DNA from: Takakia lepidozioides
Lineage: Eukaryota; Plantae; Bryophyta
Direction: 5' to 3'
Length of the DNA: 64,000 nt
NCBI GenBank assembly: GCA_030704615.1
Contig: CM060732.1
Location: 79,732,001 to 79,796,000, forward strand
Part shown: positions 35,378 through 49,800 of the stretch, one piece after another
How the letters are laid out: the number at the start of each line of letters is the position of its first letter
How positions within the stretch are numbered: position 1 is the stretch's first letter
Program-made: the position numbers and the translations under genes
The notes under the pieces: generated by a model
What the model saw: only the letters and a program-made list of their open reading frames with translations
What the model was told of the DNA's origin: nothing
The model's database searches: none

Positions 35378-38300
35378 TTTCATGCACCTAAGCATCGTGC
35401 CACAACATACATCGCTGTCCAACCACACTTCCTAGCATATAGTCCTAGAAGGCCACGCCACAATGATACGAAAATGGTGAAAAGAGGAGAAACCACTCTA
35501 TCACGTTATATAAGTCAAGCCAATGGCACCTTTGCTAAAGGACTCCACCATACAAACCTCACCCACTCTTCATCTCAAGTACTAGAGCTATGGCGGCGAG
35601 AGAGGCCTTGGGAGGCTCGACTAGAAGAAGACAAGCATGCCTACGTCTCACGTGGAGATAACCTCTCCACGTCCCAAGTGAGGTTCGCCACCTCATTTGG
35701 TACATGGAACCAAATGAAGTCCCAATGCCAACAAAATACAAATATAAATATATAATGTCCTAATTAGTTATAAGTAACTATTTCTAACTAATCACAAACA
35801 AAACCATGACAGCTGTCGTGCACCTAAGCATCGTGCCACAACATACATCGTTGTCCAACCACACATCCTAGCATATAGTCCTAGAAAGCCACGCCACAAT
35901 CGCCCCCCCAGTTGGTGATTAGGTCCCTCTAACACTAGATAGCTTGCAAGTATCCACCCCAATAAGATCATCGCTTGGTCTTCAATCGCACAAGTCCCAA
36001 CACCTGAAGTCGATAGATCAAGAGGCCGGGTGCAAACGTAGCCCCATCGTTAGTCGCCTTCATGCAATCCATGATCTTCAGTTGAGTATCCATGGCATTG
36101 AAGCCCCACTAGCTAGACCTTGGATCACTTGTCCGCCTCACCATTGTCATGCCCACTACCTCTATCCAAGGCATCGTGGACACAACCATTCTCCGATAGG
36201 AACCTTCTCAAGTGGCGGTGTCAAGCATCGCATGTGCCACCCCCTTGAGCATTTGTCACACACCAACATGGTTGCGGCGCCACCAGCATGCCCACATAGC
36301 ATGCAACACAACCCTGCAGGTACCACTGCAAGGTTGGGATCTATCTTCTCATCCACATATGGAAGGTGACATGGCGCACAATTGCGCACATGGTCCTTCC
36401 ATACCATGCCATCTCGACCCTCCAGAATCAACACTCCTGAAGGCAACACGTCCCTGACCCTTAGGATCACACGTCCTGCTGTGACATCCAAGGTCGTAGA
36501 CGCTGTCTGCTGCAGATACACATAGACCCCAGGGTAGAAACGCCGAACATTTGGCCCCTCCACGTATAGTGGTGTACCTCAATGTATCTTGGTGTTGGGC
36601 AATAGTAAGGTTCTCAAAAGCCATAGGCACGACTCTCTTAAACAACTCTGCCCGCTGGGCACATGCTTGTGTCCACACATCCGGATCATCAAGGTTGAGA
36701 ACTATTGCAGCCTCCCTGCGAATAGATGCAGGCAAATTTGGCTCTCGATCAAAGAGAAGAAAATAAGGTGAGAAGGAGGCAAGTGAAGCTTGTTTGCTGA
36801 ACCTATAGCCCATAGCTAGCCAAGGCAGCTGAAGGTCCCAATCTCCTAGGTGTCCCTTCTGCAAACCGTACTTGCGCAAAACTCTCTTTGACTGTCTGAA
36901 CAACTCTCTCTGCCAAACCATCAGCCTCGGGATGATCCGGAGAAGTAGTACGGTGATCGCTCACACAAAGCCCGAAACTCGCCCAAGAACTCTCTCCCCT
37001 GGTCCGTGAGTACCTCGGCTGGAGCACCAAAATGGCTAAGCACTCGATCTAAGAATGCATACGTAGTCCCCTCACTTGCGTTGTCAGGCAATGCCACCAG
37101 TTCAATCCATTTGGAGAAGTGTTCCACCATCACCAGCACATACTTGTTATGGCGAATCGTCAATGGCAATGGGCCTGCGAAGTCAAGACTCCAACGATAG
37201 CCCAAACCCATAATAGGTAAAGGATGTAATTGTGGAGTAGGGGCATTGAAAGAAGCCCGCACTCTATCACACCACATGCACCTTCCCACTAACTGTTGCA
37301 CATCTGTGTGCATACCCCGCCACCAATACTGCCCTTGCAACAAACTATGAGTACGCCGCACCCCAAAAAGTCCCAACTTCTCATGGGCATGGCGTACCAA
37401 TCGCGCTCGTTGTGTTGGATGAGGCACAATCCTCACTCATCCATCCTCCCATACCCGGAGTATGTGAGTCCCCTCCCACTTGAACCTCTTAGCTTGTTGT
37501 AGGACCCGATCTCTCTCATTAGCAGTCACACTGACTGCTGTCTCTCCGGTACGAAGGTATGCCAACACCGCTACATCTTCATGCACATCTTTAGCACCAT
37601 CAAACTCCTCACTAGTATCTGGATCGTCATGCATGCTATCTACATGACTAATCAGATGGGCTGGACCAGCTTGAGTTCCCATTGCTAGAATGCACAAAAA
37701 GGCCGATGCATGCCATCATGGCACCATCTCCTCATCCGTCTCACCATGCCACCGAGCTCCAGTATCATCATGCTCGCTCCTGCATGGATACGACTCAATC
37801 CATCTGCATCCCAATTGACAATATCGGCTCGATGCACCACCTGAAAGTCGTACTCTTGAAGCATAAGTGCCCACCATGTAAGCTTCCCTGTAAGCATGTT
37901 TGACTTCATCAACCACTTCAATGGTTGGTGATCCGTGACAAGGGTGAAGAGATTGCCATAGAGGTAGCATCTGAAATGTGCCACTGCCCATACCGCAGCT
38001 AGACACTCCCCTCCATAGGAACTATACTTCGCCTCGGCATCATTGTTCGAGCGGCTAGCATTTGCCACTATGAACTCTCTTCCCTCATCATCCACCTGCG
38101 TGAGCACTGCTCCAATCCCCAGCATACTCCAATCCGTATGTAGCTGGAAAAGCCGCCCCCGAATAGGCCGCCTCAGAATAGGTGCAGACGTCAATCGAGC
38201 CTTGAGGTCCTCAAAGGCTTCCTCCTACTCCTCCTCCCACTGCCACTCCTGACCCACCTTGGTTAACTTGGTAAGAGCCTTTGCAATGATGCTAAATCCC

Positions 38301-38520
38301 TTGACAAACCGTCGATAGTAGTTTGTCAATCCCATGAAAGCACGAATTCTGCTCACATCCATGGGGCGTGGAATGCATGCAATGGCCTCCACCTTTGTCT
38401 GTTGAACACCCAATCTTCCAGGGTATATCATGTGGCCAAGATACTATTGTGGAAGAACTTGCACTTTTCGGGGTGCAGTTTCAACCCGTGCGCTCAAACA
38501 CCACCTGAAGGTGTCTCTCA
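35378..38520 (-). mobile_element. 3' part of an SDR retroelement of a second family (RT end, RNase H, DDE integrase, PHD; B1 35814-35900, GC, A2 ~35465-35811, B2 35378-35464), inserted in the Copia RT
   Basis: Motifs RAFMGLTNYYRRFV, LHTDWS...GIGAVL, VTDHQPL, WSLDFAGP, TDQGREF and PHD. An 87-bp B repeat occurs twice; junction ATGACA-GC-TGTCG at 35806-35818. Confidence 0.9.
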
Positions 38521-38699
38521 TGCGGGGAGTGCTTGCGCGTGAGCTTGGCCACGTGAGTCTGTGAGCATGTGAGCATGTGAGCCTGGCTAGGCTCACGCCA
38601 CATCAGCAAGCATCCACGTATGCAGGCCCTAATTCCGTGCCCCCCCCCCCCCCCCCAATTACCGCAGATCGGTTGTCGCCATTGTACATTTTTTTCTTT

Positions 38700-38907
38700 G
38701 TGTGCAGTATGTCATGTATACTGTTATGGTCTTCGACATTTGGCTGAACGGCATCCCTGTTGCATACATAATATCTTCAAGAAACAATGCCAACGATTTG
38801 TCAAGTTGGATGTTGGCTCTTCGTCAAAGGCTCCAGGCCAATCAGCCGGATTGGCGTCCCAACGCATTCATTGTGGACAATGTCGATGCTGAGATTAACG
38901 CCATTCG
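38700..38907 (+). pseudogene. Mutator (MULE) transposase exon
   Basis: YTVMVFD...GIPVAYII...WRPNAFIVDNVDAEINAIR contains two MULE catalytic Asp residues and is flanked by AG and GT. Confidence 0.75.
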
Positions 38908-40071
38908 GTTTGTTCTCAATCCCTCCCCCCTACCAATGAACTTCCATTGCCTTACCTGCACTAGAAGCATTCGTGTCATTTACCACTGGGGTAACGATTC
39001 ATTTTGAGTCGTAAAAGTCAAAAAATTGGGATCGACTGGAAGTTACAACAGACTAGTTACAACAGACGTGGTAGTTGGGTTGGACATCCAATGATTGGAG
39101 TGGTAAAGGACGCAGACGCGCGAACAACTGCTCAGCGATTAATGCGATTAATGCTGAAGAACCACGTGGCGTAACCAGGCGGGCCGCCCGTGTGTCTGAC
39201 CTTTTGGGCTGACTTTGACTTTTCCCTCCGGATGAGTGGACTGACTCACCCGGGGCGCGGTGACACATGGATGCGGACGTGGATGCGGACGTGGATGCCG
39301 ATGTGGCGGCGCCGCGTCGAGCGGCAATGCTGCCGCGTGGCCACGGGCCCAAGATGCCACATCGCAGTCGGCCACATCACTTGGAGTGCTGCATGTGACG
39401 TCGCAACAGCCACCGGCGAAGTCAACTGCACAACTTCCGGCAGACGAATCCACGGGGACCACGTGGAGAGTGTGTGGGTCGACGCGTGGCGTCGTCCCCA
39501 CGCAATGGCAGTGACGGGTACGACTGCTAGTGGAAAGACGCATAGTGCTTGTGCCATCTCGGGATTGCTTTGGCCAACTCCGCTGCCACTGTGCTAGTTG
39601 GTTGCCCTACAGTAGGAAAGCACGAAAAAAGAGCACTTGTAGTGGTTTGTGTGAGTTTCCAACTGACCTGCATTCTAAGCTGAAAATATGGTTCTGATGC
39701 ATTCTACTGGTTTTAGTGGTTCACCCATATGCAGGGGGAATTGAGAAGCAATGATACTGGGCGAGACTGAGAACACAGACCACGATGCATGCACAACATA
39801 AATAGACGAGGCAACAAGGAGACCAAATACCATCACACATACACATAGAAGGTGGACGGACACGACGACAGGTCAGGAAATGTGATATTACATTCAAATT
39901 AGAGACCGTCACGGCACACCTGCATATGAGCAAGACTAAATGCCAACATACATGGTTGCCGGACATCACTTAAACTGTCATGGCCCAAATGTTCAAAACT
40001 GGTAACGTGAGTATCATACACACTTCTATGAGTATCATTACACACCCAACAGGGACTACAAACATGAAATG

Positions 40072-43064
40072 TCACTTGATACTTTCACCTTTCCTCATAC
40101 TCTTCTCTGGCCACAGAGTCACCGTGCCTTTCACGTGCGCTAGTGTGGTCTGGGGGGGGGCATCGTCCACATTTGGGCAAGGCAATGTAACACTTGGAAG
40201 CATGATCTCGTGGACTTTCACCTTGTACCACCCGGATCGAATGTCCTTGCAGTGGAACTTGTCAACCCCGGCTATTCCCACCACTTCCGCCTTGGCGGCG
40301 GCTGTCTTTGACCGCTTGTCATGGGGTTCAGGGAGAAACACAGGATCTGATATCTGCAGACACCAACATCAGGGTCCACTCAGCAACAAACATAGCAATG
40401 ACAGGGTGAAAGTCAAGCGCAGCTGGGCATGGAAACGATCTTGGTTGCCACAATACTGAATCAGCAGCCAATTCACAGTGTACCAACGTACCTTGAAGCG
40501 AAGCTCGTCGCTGAGGGTGGCAACTGAGGAAAGCTGCCCACGTGTCTTCAACTGCAGCAGCAAAAAGAGGTTTAGTCAGATGGATAAGAATAACATGAAC
40601 TCTAGTGGTTGCAATGGTATAAACACACCTCCACGGAGCAAGCTAACAAACATCCTGCTCAGACCCTAGCACTACAACTTCCTGGCAAAAATAACCCTAC
40701 TAAAAACCAGCCAGGCAAAGCAAGGAGCCATGAATGCATGCCTGGGGAACCACGTCCTGCTGCGATGATGGTGCCGGGGACAGCCCACTCCTCTTGCTCA
40801 CCTGCAATGAATACACATTGCAACGCTTCAGGAAGTGTATCCATAAAGGAAACCAACCAAGTAAGTTTGCGGAGAGGGGCTGGGAACAACCATACCTTGG
40901 GCGCTGCCTCCTCATGCCGGGGGGGGAATCCGGAATGCTGCCGCCGTAGCACTATGGTCGTAGGTGCAGGACCCACCTTCTTCACATTCGACCCCACTGC
41001 CACTCCCTGTACATGTGGTCCCTGCAAAACATATAGTGCCAGCCTTGCGTGAGAGGGCATCCGGGGGGAACAAAACAAACATGGACTTTGGCTTCGATGT
41101 CATGTTGCAAACAATAAGGTTAGTTTCACATGCATGGGTGCAGAAGTACTTCCCCCAACGACCCCATCCTCTCCCACATTCAAGCTGCCAGTCTAGAACA
41201 ATTAGTTTCAACTTTTCTATGAAAGGAGCTTTTGAAGGGGTGTCACGGGGTCTCACCTCAGTGGGTTGGGAGACAACAGTCACCCCGGAGGGCAAAGTTT
41301 CGGTCCCCCTGCAGCCTGGACCAGGCAAACTACCACCCTCTCCCCCTACAGCTTCCCCTTCTCCCCCATCATGAGCAATGACCCCCCCATCGTCCATGTC
41401 ATCCCCACCAACTTGTTGGACCTCTCCCTCTTCAACGAGTGGACCCTGCCCCCCACTGTGAATATCATCAACAACAGCCCGGACCTCTGTCACATCCCTA
41501 CCCACTACAATTACTTCCTCCTTGTCAGGTACAATGGTCGCAGCAGGGGGGTCTTCCATAATGCCACCCGTCACACCCCCTTTTTGCCCCATCATGAGTT
41601 CCACTATCTTCTTCAGTTGTGCTTCCATTCCCCTCTCCCGCTCCGCAGAGAGAGCCGCAAGCCTCTCCAGGGCCCCGATGCGGGCTGCCATTGAGTTCCC
41701 CGCTCCCTACGCATACAAACACCCACCCGTACTGTTAAAAACCAGAAGAAGAGGCCGAATGTGCAGGATTTCAGGCATTCGGAGATGGCTAGGTTTGGCA
41801 TAACACCCCTCGTGTACCATGCATGGGGGCCCCACATACCCACCAAATCTTAGTACAACAACAGATTCATGAATGGAAACCGGACTTCAAAACATACCTG
41901 GCTCAAAACAGACTCTGATGGGGTGCCAGTCGCAGCGTTCTTGCACTCCGCCCCAAGCTCGGACAGTGACGGGCTCCGCGCTTTGCGTCTTTTCTGTATT
42001 TGCCCATCCACACATTGTCAGTACAAAATTCCAGGAGCATATGGACAAAGCACTGCCCTGCATATCACATAACAACTAATTCTGCACAAGCAATAAAACC
42101 CACTCGTGGGTGTCTCTTCCATCAGAACATGCCACAACGTAAGAGCAATGAGAAGGGGGTGAGGGAGATTACCAAACGGGCTGCTTGGCCTGCAACTCCT
42201 GCCCGGCCCCAACGCGAGGGGTTCGTGACACAAGCACGCGCTTGCTTCATCCCTTCAGCCTTTGCAAGTCCACGAGGGGACTCCCAGTAGGCAACAAGCT
42301 TATCCCAATAGGCGGGTTCAGTGTTCATTGGCCTCACACCAGTCTTCGCCCATTTATCTTTCAGTTTTGCTCTTTCTCCTTTCATTATCTTCCCACATTG
42401 CTTCACTATAAAATCACGATTGGCAGGGATAGGTGTGTACTCGTACATTCCATTTATGCCCTCTATTACTGTTGACATGGCACTCTGGGACTGCTGGTCA
42501 ATGTCTTGTACGCTTGAGTCAAGGTAACGCAATGCCAGGCCACGCAAATCACGCTGCCAGTGTTCCTTACCTTCGCAGCCAGCATTGATGACTCCATTTC
42601 CTCCACCTTGTGGCGCTTTAGCCCTGCAGCCACCCTTCCCTCTTCATCTCCTTCCCATTGTTTCATGGCATGACGTCGTTCCTTCCTCAGCTCTGATGTC
42701 CGTTTCCTGCCCCCATGCTTTGGAGCAGCGCCGTCATACGTTGTGGGGGGTGACTAATGTGTGCCGGAGGGGGGAGGGCCGTATGGAGATGTGGGAGGCC
42801 CCCATTGTGATGTGGCAACATCAGGAAGCTAGCGCCGCGACCCCGAAGCAGGGGGGGCTCCCCATGGTGCACTCTGTTGTGGAGACCATCCGGCAGGGGG
42901 TGGGTGCCAAGGTTGGTGTTGGTTGGCATTGTGTGGTGGCTGTGAGTGCTTTGCTGCAGCTTCACTCCCCTTCCGCTGCCAAAAACATCCCACACACAAG
43001 GTGCATCAGCTCTAGTCCTACTGAACACAACGTCACCAGAGCACAAACCATCCCACAACCACAA
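40072..43064 (-). pseudogene. CACTA TnpA-like gene, multi-exon
   Basis: Transposase_24-like YWDKLVAYWESP...KAEGMKQAR...PSRWGRAG, a coiled coil, and a C-terminal KAEVVG...WYKVKVHEIMLPSVTLP...LWP block typical of TnpA/TNP1. Confidence 0.65.
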
Positions 43065-43589
43065 CTATGGATTGGCTGACCTCAAACCCACTCCTCTGCA
43101 GCGCAAGTGCCAAAAACTGAAAAGGAGAGGGACAGAATGTCCTCATAACATGTAAGCCCATTCATTGGTGAAGAAACAGAATGTGGGCGGGTTCACATCA
43201 GTACCACATGAAACTTACCAGGAAACAGAACATCCATCCGGGTTTTGCACATATCCAGTGGACATCTATTCACACAATCAGCAAATGGCTGTATGGCGGA
43301 GCCCAGCAACGGAGCCCCAAAAGGCCTAAAGACTCTCAATGTTGGTAAACACAGGTGCAGACACAATTCAATTGAAAGGATATTGCAGACCTAGCCTCGT
43401 TGGAGTTATCAACGCATATAGCAAATGCGTACTCCAACGCAGGTGCAATGACGTGACAAAGCAACATTTCCTTGACCTAAAAACTAGTCCCTCTGCACAC
43501 AGTGGTAGACCTGAAGGTTTTTCCACGATGTCCTCCCCCATGACACAAATTGAAAACATGTTCAGGGATGTTTTCTGCCTAACTTCATT

Positions 43590-44705
43590 TTCTGCCCAAT
43601 CAGATCTCCTCTACGCTGATGATGTTGCCCTTTTGGCCCAATCCCCAGTCTTTCTGCAACGCCATCTCAAAATTTTGGAACAGTTCTGCAAAGACTATGG
43701 GATGCAAGTCAATCTTAGCAAGACCAAGATCATGGTCTTCAATGGCCAGGCTGATGTAGATTCATCTTCAACCAGCAGGAAATTGAGATTGTCAAATCAT
43801 ACCGGTACCTAGGTCTGGTTATCCACTCCCCCAAGTTTCACTTTGCAGCCACTGCCTTGGACAGATTGACTAAAGGTAAGGCGGCCTCCATCCGCCTTCA
43901 CGCCAAATGCAAGCAAATACATCTGCGGCATCCCCCGACCAAAAAGTGGTTGTTTGACACCGTCGTCAGCCCTGCTACCATCAATGGTTGTGAGTTCTGG
44001 GCACCTGGTGTCCCTGTCTCCTGGTGGGAAAAGAATTTGGAACCATTACAGTCATCTTTTCTCCAAGCAATGCTTGGCGCCAGGAGCACAACTCCATCTC
44101 AGATCCTAGGTGCAGAGTTGGCATGTGTACCATTGCAATCCGAGGCACAGTTCAGGCTTACAATCTTTCTCCATAGATTGCAGGCCCTTCCACCCAAAGG
44201 GCTAGTGGCAAGGGCCCTCACAACATCTATGAGGCTCAAAGCTGCAGGTTTCGGGAACTCCTGGTATGCTCGAGTGGACAGTTTATTGAAACGTAACGGA
44301 CTTTCTACTGCTTTCCTATTACCAATGAACCCACATGAGGTGGACATCACATCCAGACATGACCGCAACAGACTCATTCGGAGAGAGCTTATGGAATTAC
44401 ATGTCAAGAGAACTTGGATGCTACCCAATCTCACAACAAAGCTCCACTTCTATCGAGAGACATTCTTAGTGCTCCGCGATGATAGAATCTTCAGACCAAA
44501 TTACCTTTCAGCACCCTTACCTCCTTCCCTCTTGAGGGCATTGGGGCGGTTCAGGGAGTTCCCACAACCTACGGATAGAGACTGGCAGATGGGAAAACCT
44601 ACAACGGGAGGACCGCCTATGTCCAGCTTGCATAGGGCGCAGCAAGGAAATTGAAACTGAAGAACACTTCTTCTTCTACTGCCATGTATACTACGACATC
44701 CGTTT
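43590..44705 (+). mobile_element. 5'-truncated non-LTR retrotransposon (LINE) fragment nested in the CACTA element
   Basis: LLYADDVALL...VNLSKTKIMVF, YRYLG, and a C-terminal IETGRW...C-x2-C...EEHFFFYC zinc knuckle (frameshifted). Confidence 0.85.
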
Positions 44706-46804
44706 GAACAACTTTGTGGATATGTGCATCCCAGTTTCAGTTTCAGGAGAACTCAACGCCCAGAAAACAAGAACACAAGTAGGGGTAGAACTCACCTCAT
44801 GCGCAGCGGTTTTGTGCTGTTTGCGCACCTTTTGGAGAGACTCTGCAGATGGAGGTGCAATTTCCTCCGAACTTTCCTCCACTCAGTCGTCACCCATGCT
44901 ATACTCGCTTGTGTCAAAATCCGAACTCGAAGACCGCCCACCGCTCTGCCTTCCCTCTCGCACCGACGCCATCTGTACCGGATTCAGTCGAGCCAGGCGG
45001 GGGCTCCTTCGCACCGCGGGGCTGGAATGTGCAGAAGTGGGAGGAGGTGATGCTGCCTCGGCGGTCGAGCGCTTCTTACTAGGCGTGGACATAGACCATG
45101 ACAAAGATGAAGACGAGCGAGGACATAGACCATGACCAAGACAAAGACGAGCGAGGAAGACCAAGACATGCAAAGGAGGAAAGAAGGACAAGGAGGGGAG
45201 TGTGATCACACACCCCCCCCGATCTGTAGTGAAGATCCGGCCGTTGTTGATTTCAAATATGAACACGTGTCGTGCATCCGACACTATGGCCTTTTCGACT
45301 TTGAGACGTTAAACCCTAAACCACTTACAATCCTCCAGACAACTAGATGTAGTGATTCACACAACTGACATGGATCCGTTAACTTTTTTTCGTTCAAAAT
45401 TAGGCGAAGGAAACACACTGCAATGATGCCGTGTATGGCTCCGCTTTACATGCATTCTTGGAGAAAATGCGCATGATGTGTGAGAAGTGAACACAGTGCT
45501 CTGCCAAATGATTCAGCAAAAACAAACTCAACTGTAGTGGTTCTCCCATCGCAGAGAAGGGTCCATTCGACACCCATCGCACCATGCCAGGTTGAGGTCC
45601 TCACACACACACCTACACACCGAGAATTTGCGAACCCACATCAGCTGGGAGAACATGGAAATTACCCCGTGGATCACATGCAAGCATGAATGAGAAATGG
45701 GTTTATGTTACATGGGAGATTTTGGGTGTACCTGCGCGACATGCAACTCTGTCTACATACTCCATAAGTCGTTGTCCCAAGACCCAAGTGGACAGGGGAG
45801 GCCGGTGAGTCTGTACCACAAATGGTAATCATACAGCAGAGGGTACTGCTGCCCAACGTGCAAAAGCCGCCGGCTGCAGGATGCTAGGCATGCGAACTCG
45901 GGCACAACACGCCTCCTCTGCACCCCACTCCGTCCCAACCAGTGCAAAACAACCGTGCATGCATTGACTGCCCTCTGGCTTTCTCTCCAGGCATTTGGGG
46001 GTCTGCGATCTGCTACACGTAAGTGTCTTTGAATGCGACGATCAAAGGATCCGGTCACTTGCAGTTGCCGTCTCAAGGGCAGCATTGCAAGAATCAGAAT
46101 TAAGTAAGAAAGGGTGGAAGAAGCTGCAAACAGCAAATGAGTGAAGTGGCAGGGCGATGCTCCATTTTTAACATGCTCCCCTTCCCGCCATGGTGATAGA
46201 GCCACACAAATGGACTCCCTTCCCGCCACGGTGCAATTTCACGGCAACGGAACGGGATTGTCCGCCGAAACGTGATTTGGAGATGGCCTAAGACAAGTGG
46301 CGCAGGTTCTGGCCTTGTAGTCAGGTTGTTCACACTTCAATGCACACATTTCATACACATTCAACCATATGCCCAAGATCACAACGTCGTCAATCGTGAA
46401 AATTGAAATTCCACGTACGTCCTCCGATTCCTCACACACACACGAACTGTAGAGACAGGTCGTTTTCCAGGATGTCGTTGTTTGAGTCGATTTTGGTCAT
46501 TTCTCTCAGTGTCTTGTTGAAAAGATTCTAGTTATGATGGGAAGCATCGTGATGGCTTTTAAATGGTTTGCTGTTGAGTGTAACTTTTCATCATGTTGTG
46601 GAATCTACCGGTTGGTATAAAATGTCAACTGTCTTCTCTGCCAAAGGATGTGCGGCTGAACCTTTCAAATTGAGATTGCAGGAGGAGGGAATTGACGGTA
46701 GTGAAATGGGAGTGGCAGAGCCAAATTGAGGAATCTCTGCAAAGGAGAATCCGGCCCCCTGCAACGGCGTGCACAAACAGCATTGAAGAGGCTCCCCAAC
46801 AAAA

Positions 46805-49800
46805 ATGAGTTCCCCTCGCCCATGCGGAGGACTTCCAATTAATCACCCCTGTAGACAGAACACCCGAGATGACAGGTTGTGGGAAAGAGAAGTGGCACGT
46901 GCCCGAGCCCTTGGGCTTTCAAGGATGCCATGCCCATGTGAACGTTGTTTGGGCACTACAAGTAGATCTGAGGACGGTGTGCGCACACATCTCCTTCACC
47001 ACAAAAGACATGAAGCATTTCGGGTGTGGATTGGAGATGGACCTGCAGACGAAGACGATGAGGAGTGGGCACAATTGGACACCCAAGGGAGCCATACAGA
47101 CAGGCCAGACGAGGACTATGTCATGGGCGCAGGACATGAACCAGGCATGGACGGAGGGGTGGAGATTACTCGAATGTTGCAGGAAGCATTCCACATCATG
47201 GACGATGCTGAAGAGGGGGACGGCGCTGCGACAACTGGGGATGGTGATGACGCAGGAATGAAGGCATTCACGTGGGGGAAGGCGTGGAAGGAGGTGGAGA
47301 TGGAGAATTGAATTCTGCACACATGACACTAGAAGAAGCATGTGTGCCACTGTACGAGGGATGCAAATCCACAAAGCTTGCTGCCACCATGCTGTTGATG
47401 AACCTGTGCACAACCCACGGTGTCTCAGACCATTTTGTGGACGAGTTGTTCTCTTTGCTTCGGCTGAACTTGCTTCCACAACCAAATGAAATGCCAAAAA
47501 GCTGTCACATGGCCAACCAAATGATTGGGAAGCTCGGCCTCAACTACGTGAAAATACATGCATGTCCAAAAGGACATGTACTTTTCAGAAGAGAGTACAA
47601 GGATGCTATGGAGTGCCCCAAATGCGGTGCAGCCCGATACCATGATGTGGGCAGGTTACAACAGCCAGCCAAGGTGTTGAGGCACTTTCCCCTTATCCCC
47701 CGTCTATTACGAATGTACAAATGCAAGACCATTAGTGAGCTCATGACTTGGCATTCCAGGAATGCCTCAAACGATGGTTGGTAAGGCATGTCCCAGATTC
47801 CCTTGCATGGAAGCATATAGATGCAACTTGGCCCGATTTTGCCGAGGACCCACGCAATGTGCGATTGGCTGTATCTACGGATGGAGTAAACCCATACGGA
47901 TCAAAGAGTTGCACATGGTCCACATGGCCCGTGCAGTTGGTGGCATACAACCTGCCACCATGGTTGACAACAAAGAAATTCTTTGTCATGTTGTCTCTCT
48001 TGATTCCAGGCAAGGAGTCCGTGACAAATGCAAACATAGATGTGTATTTGCAACCATTGATTGAAGAGCTACAGGAACTATGGATTGGAGTTGAAGCTTA
48101 CGACATTTTGAAACCAGTAGGGCAACGGAGTTTCACCCTCCGTGCCATACTCATGTGGTCAATCCACGATTTCCCCGCATATGGCCTTGTTGCGGGTTGC
48201 AAGACGAAGGGCTACAAAGGGTGCCCCATTTGTGGGCCCTATGTGGATTCACGGCACTCAAAGCCACTAGGGAAGACAATATACATGGGGCATCGACGTT
48301 ACCTTGCAAGAAACCACCCCTACCGACGAGCAGGAAGGCACTTCAATGGATGTGTTGAAAAGAGAATGGCACCAAATGCTGTGACACCGGAGGAGACATT
48401 GCAATTTGCAAAGGAGAAAGAGGCGTTCATGGAGATTGGAGGGAGAGACGGAAGTAGTGCGGATCCAGCCATGGAGCACGGGGTGAAGCGCCGGACAATC
48501 CTTTGGGATTTGCCATACTGGAAGGTGCATGAATCCCCCCCCCCCCATTCACTCACTTTCTTTCACATTGTGCTTCCTGGAATTACCTTTACTGTCAGGA
48601 GTCCTTCCACCAACTCCTAAGTCAGTGTAACTACTATGCAGTAGATGTTGAAGTCGTACACCTCACTGTGGAGAGGATCGTGGAGTTGTTGAAAGCAGAA
48701 TGTAGTAACATGGACAACTTCTGCCACATATTCTACTTTTTTGCCCATAGAACTTGGTCTCATGGGAGGACATTTGGCATTTCAGAACCTCTTGCAAGCG
48801 GTACCTCCTGGACCCCATGCATTGTGAGAAGAACTTCTGCGAGAACATTCTGAAGACTATCTTTGGGGAGAAGGATACGATAAACGTACGAAAGGACATG
48901 GAGATTGAAGGGATACGGTCACATCTGTGGCTAAGGCCTGATCCAAATAGACCAGGCAAAGTGCTCATGCCAGCAGCATCATACGTCCTGACCAAATCAG
49001 AGCAAGAGGATTTTTTGAAGACATTGGGAGCCATGAAAGTGCCAACCGGATTCTCGGGTGCTTTCCAAAAGCATGCCATAAACAAGAAATGGTCGGGGAT
49101 GAAGTCACATGATCTACACGTGATGATGCAACAGATTTTGCCAGTGTGCATTCGGGGTACGATGGCGCCAGGTCCTCGAACAGCCATAATGCGTGTAAGT
49201 CGAGTGTTTAGGAAGATTTGTGCGAAGGTGTGGGATCCGAGGGACATTACATCGTTGCATGAGGATGTGGCTATGACCCTATGTTTGCTGGAGAAAGAAT
49301 TCCCTCCATCATTCTTTGACGTCATGACGCACTTGCTAGTGCATCTTGTAGAGGAGTTGCATGTGTGTGGGCCCGTAGCCAGCCGGTGGATGTACCCCAT
49401 GGAGAGGTACATGAAGGATCTGAAGGGGTATGTACGCAACATGGCACGGCCAGAGGGGAGTATGGCGGAGGGCTACATCCGCGACGAAGCCCTGGGCTTC
49501 ATGACAGAGTATATGTCTTCATTTGATGCAATACAACGACGGGTGTGGGACGAGAACGAGGAAGAAGGAGTTGTAGGCGAGGTCCTAGAAGGTGGTGGAA
49601 CAAAGCGTGCCATGAGCCCGCGCCTTCGGGATGTGGCACATGATTATGTGCTGAACAACACAACAACCATGACACCATGGAGACAGTGGGTGCCAACTTA
49701 CATCCCTCCTGTGCTATTCTTAATGGTCTTTGTATGCTGGAATTACATATATATTGTCACAAGTCATTCCGGCCACTATGGGAGTGGGATCGTGTACTAA

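Noticed and set aside
39053-39597. Overlapping GC-rich ORFs
   Set aside because: CACTA subterminal repeat region (CCACGTGG-rich); the ORFs are shadows with no domain signal.
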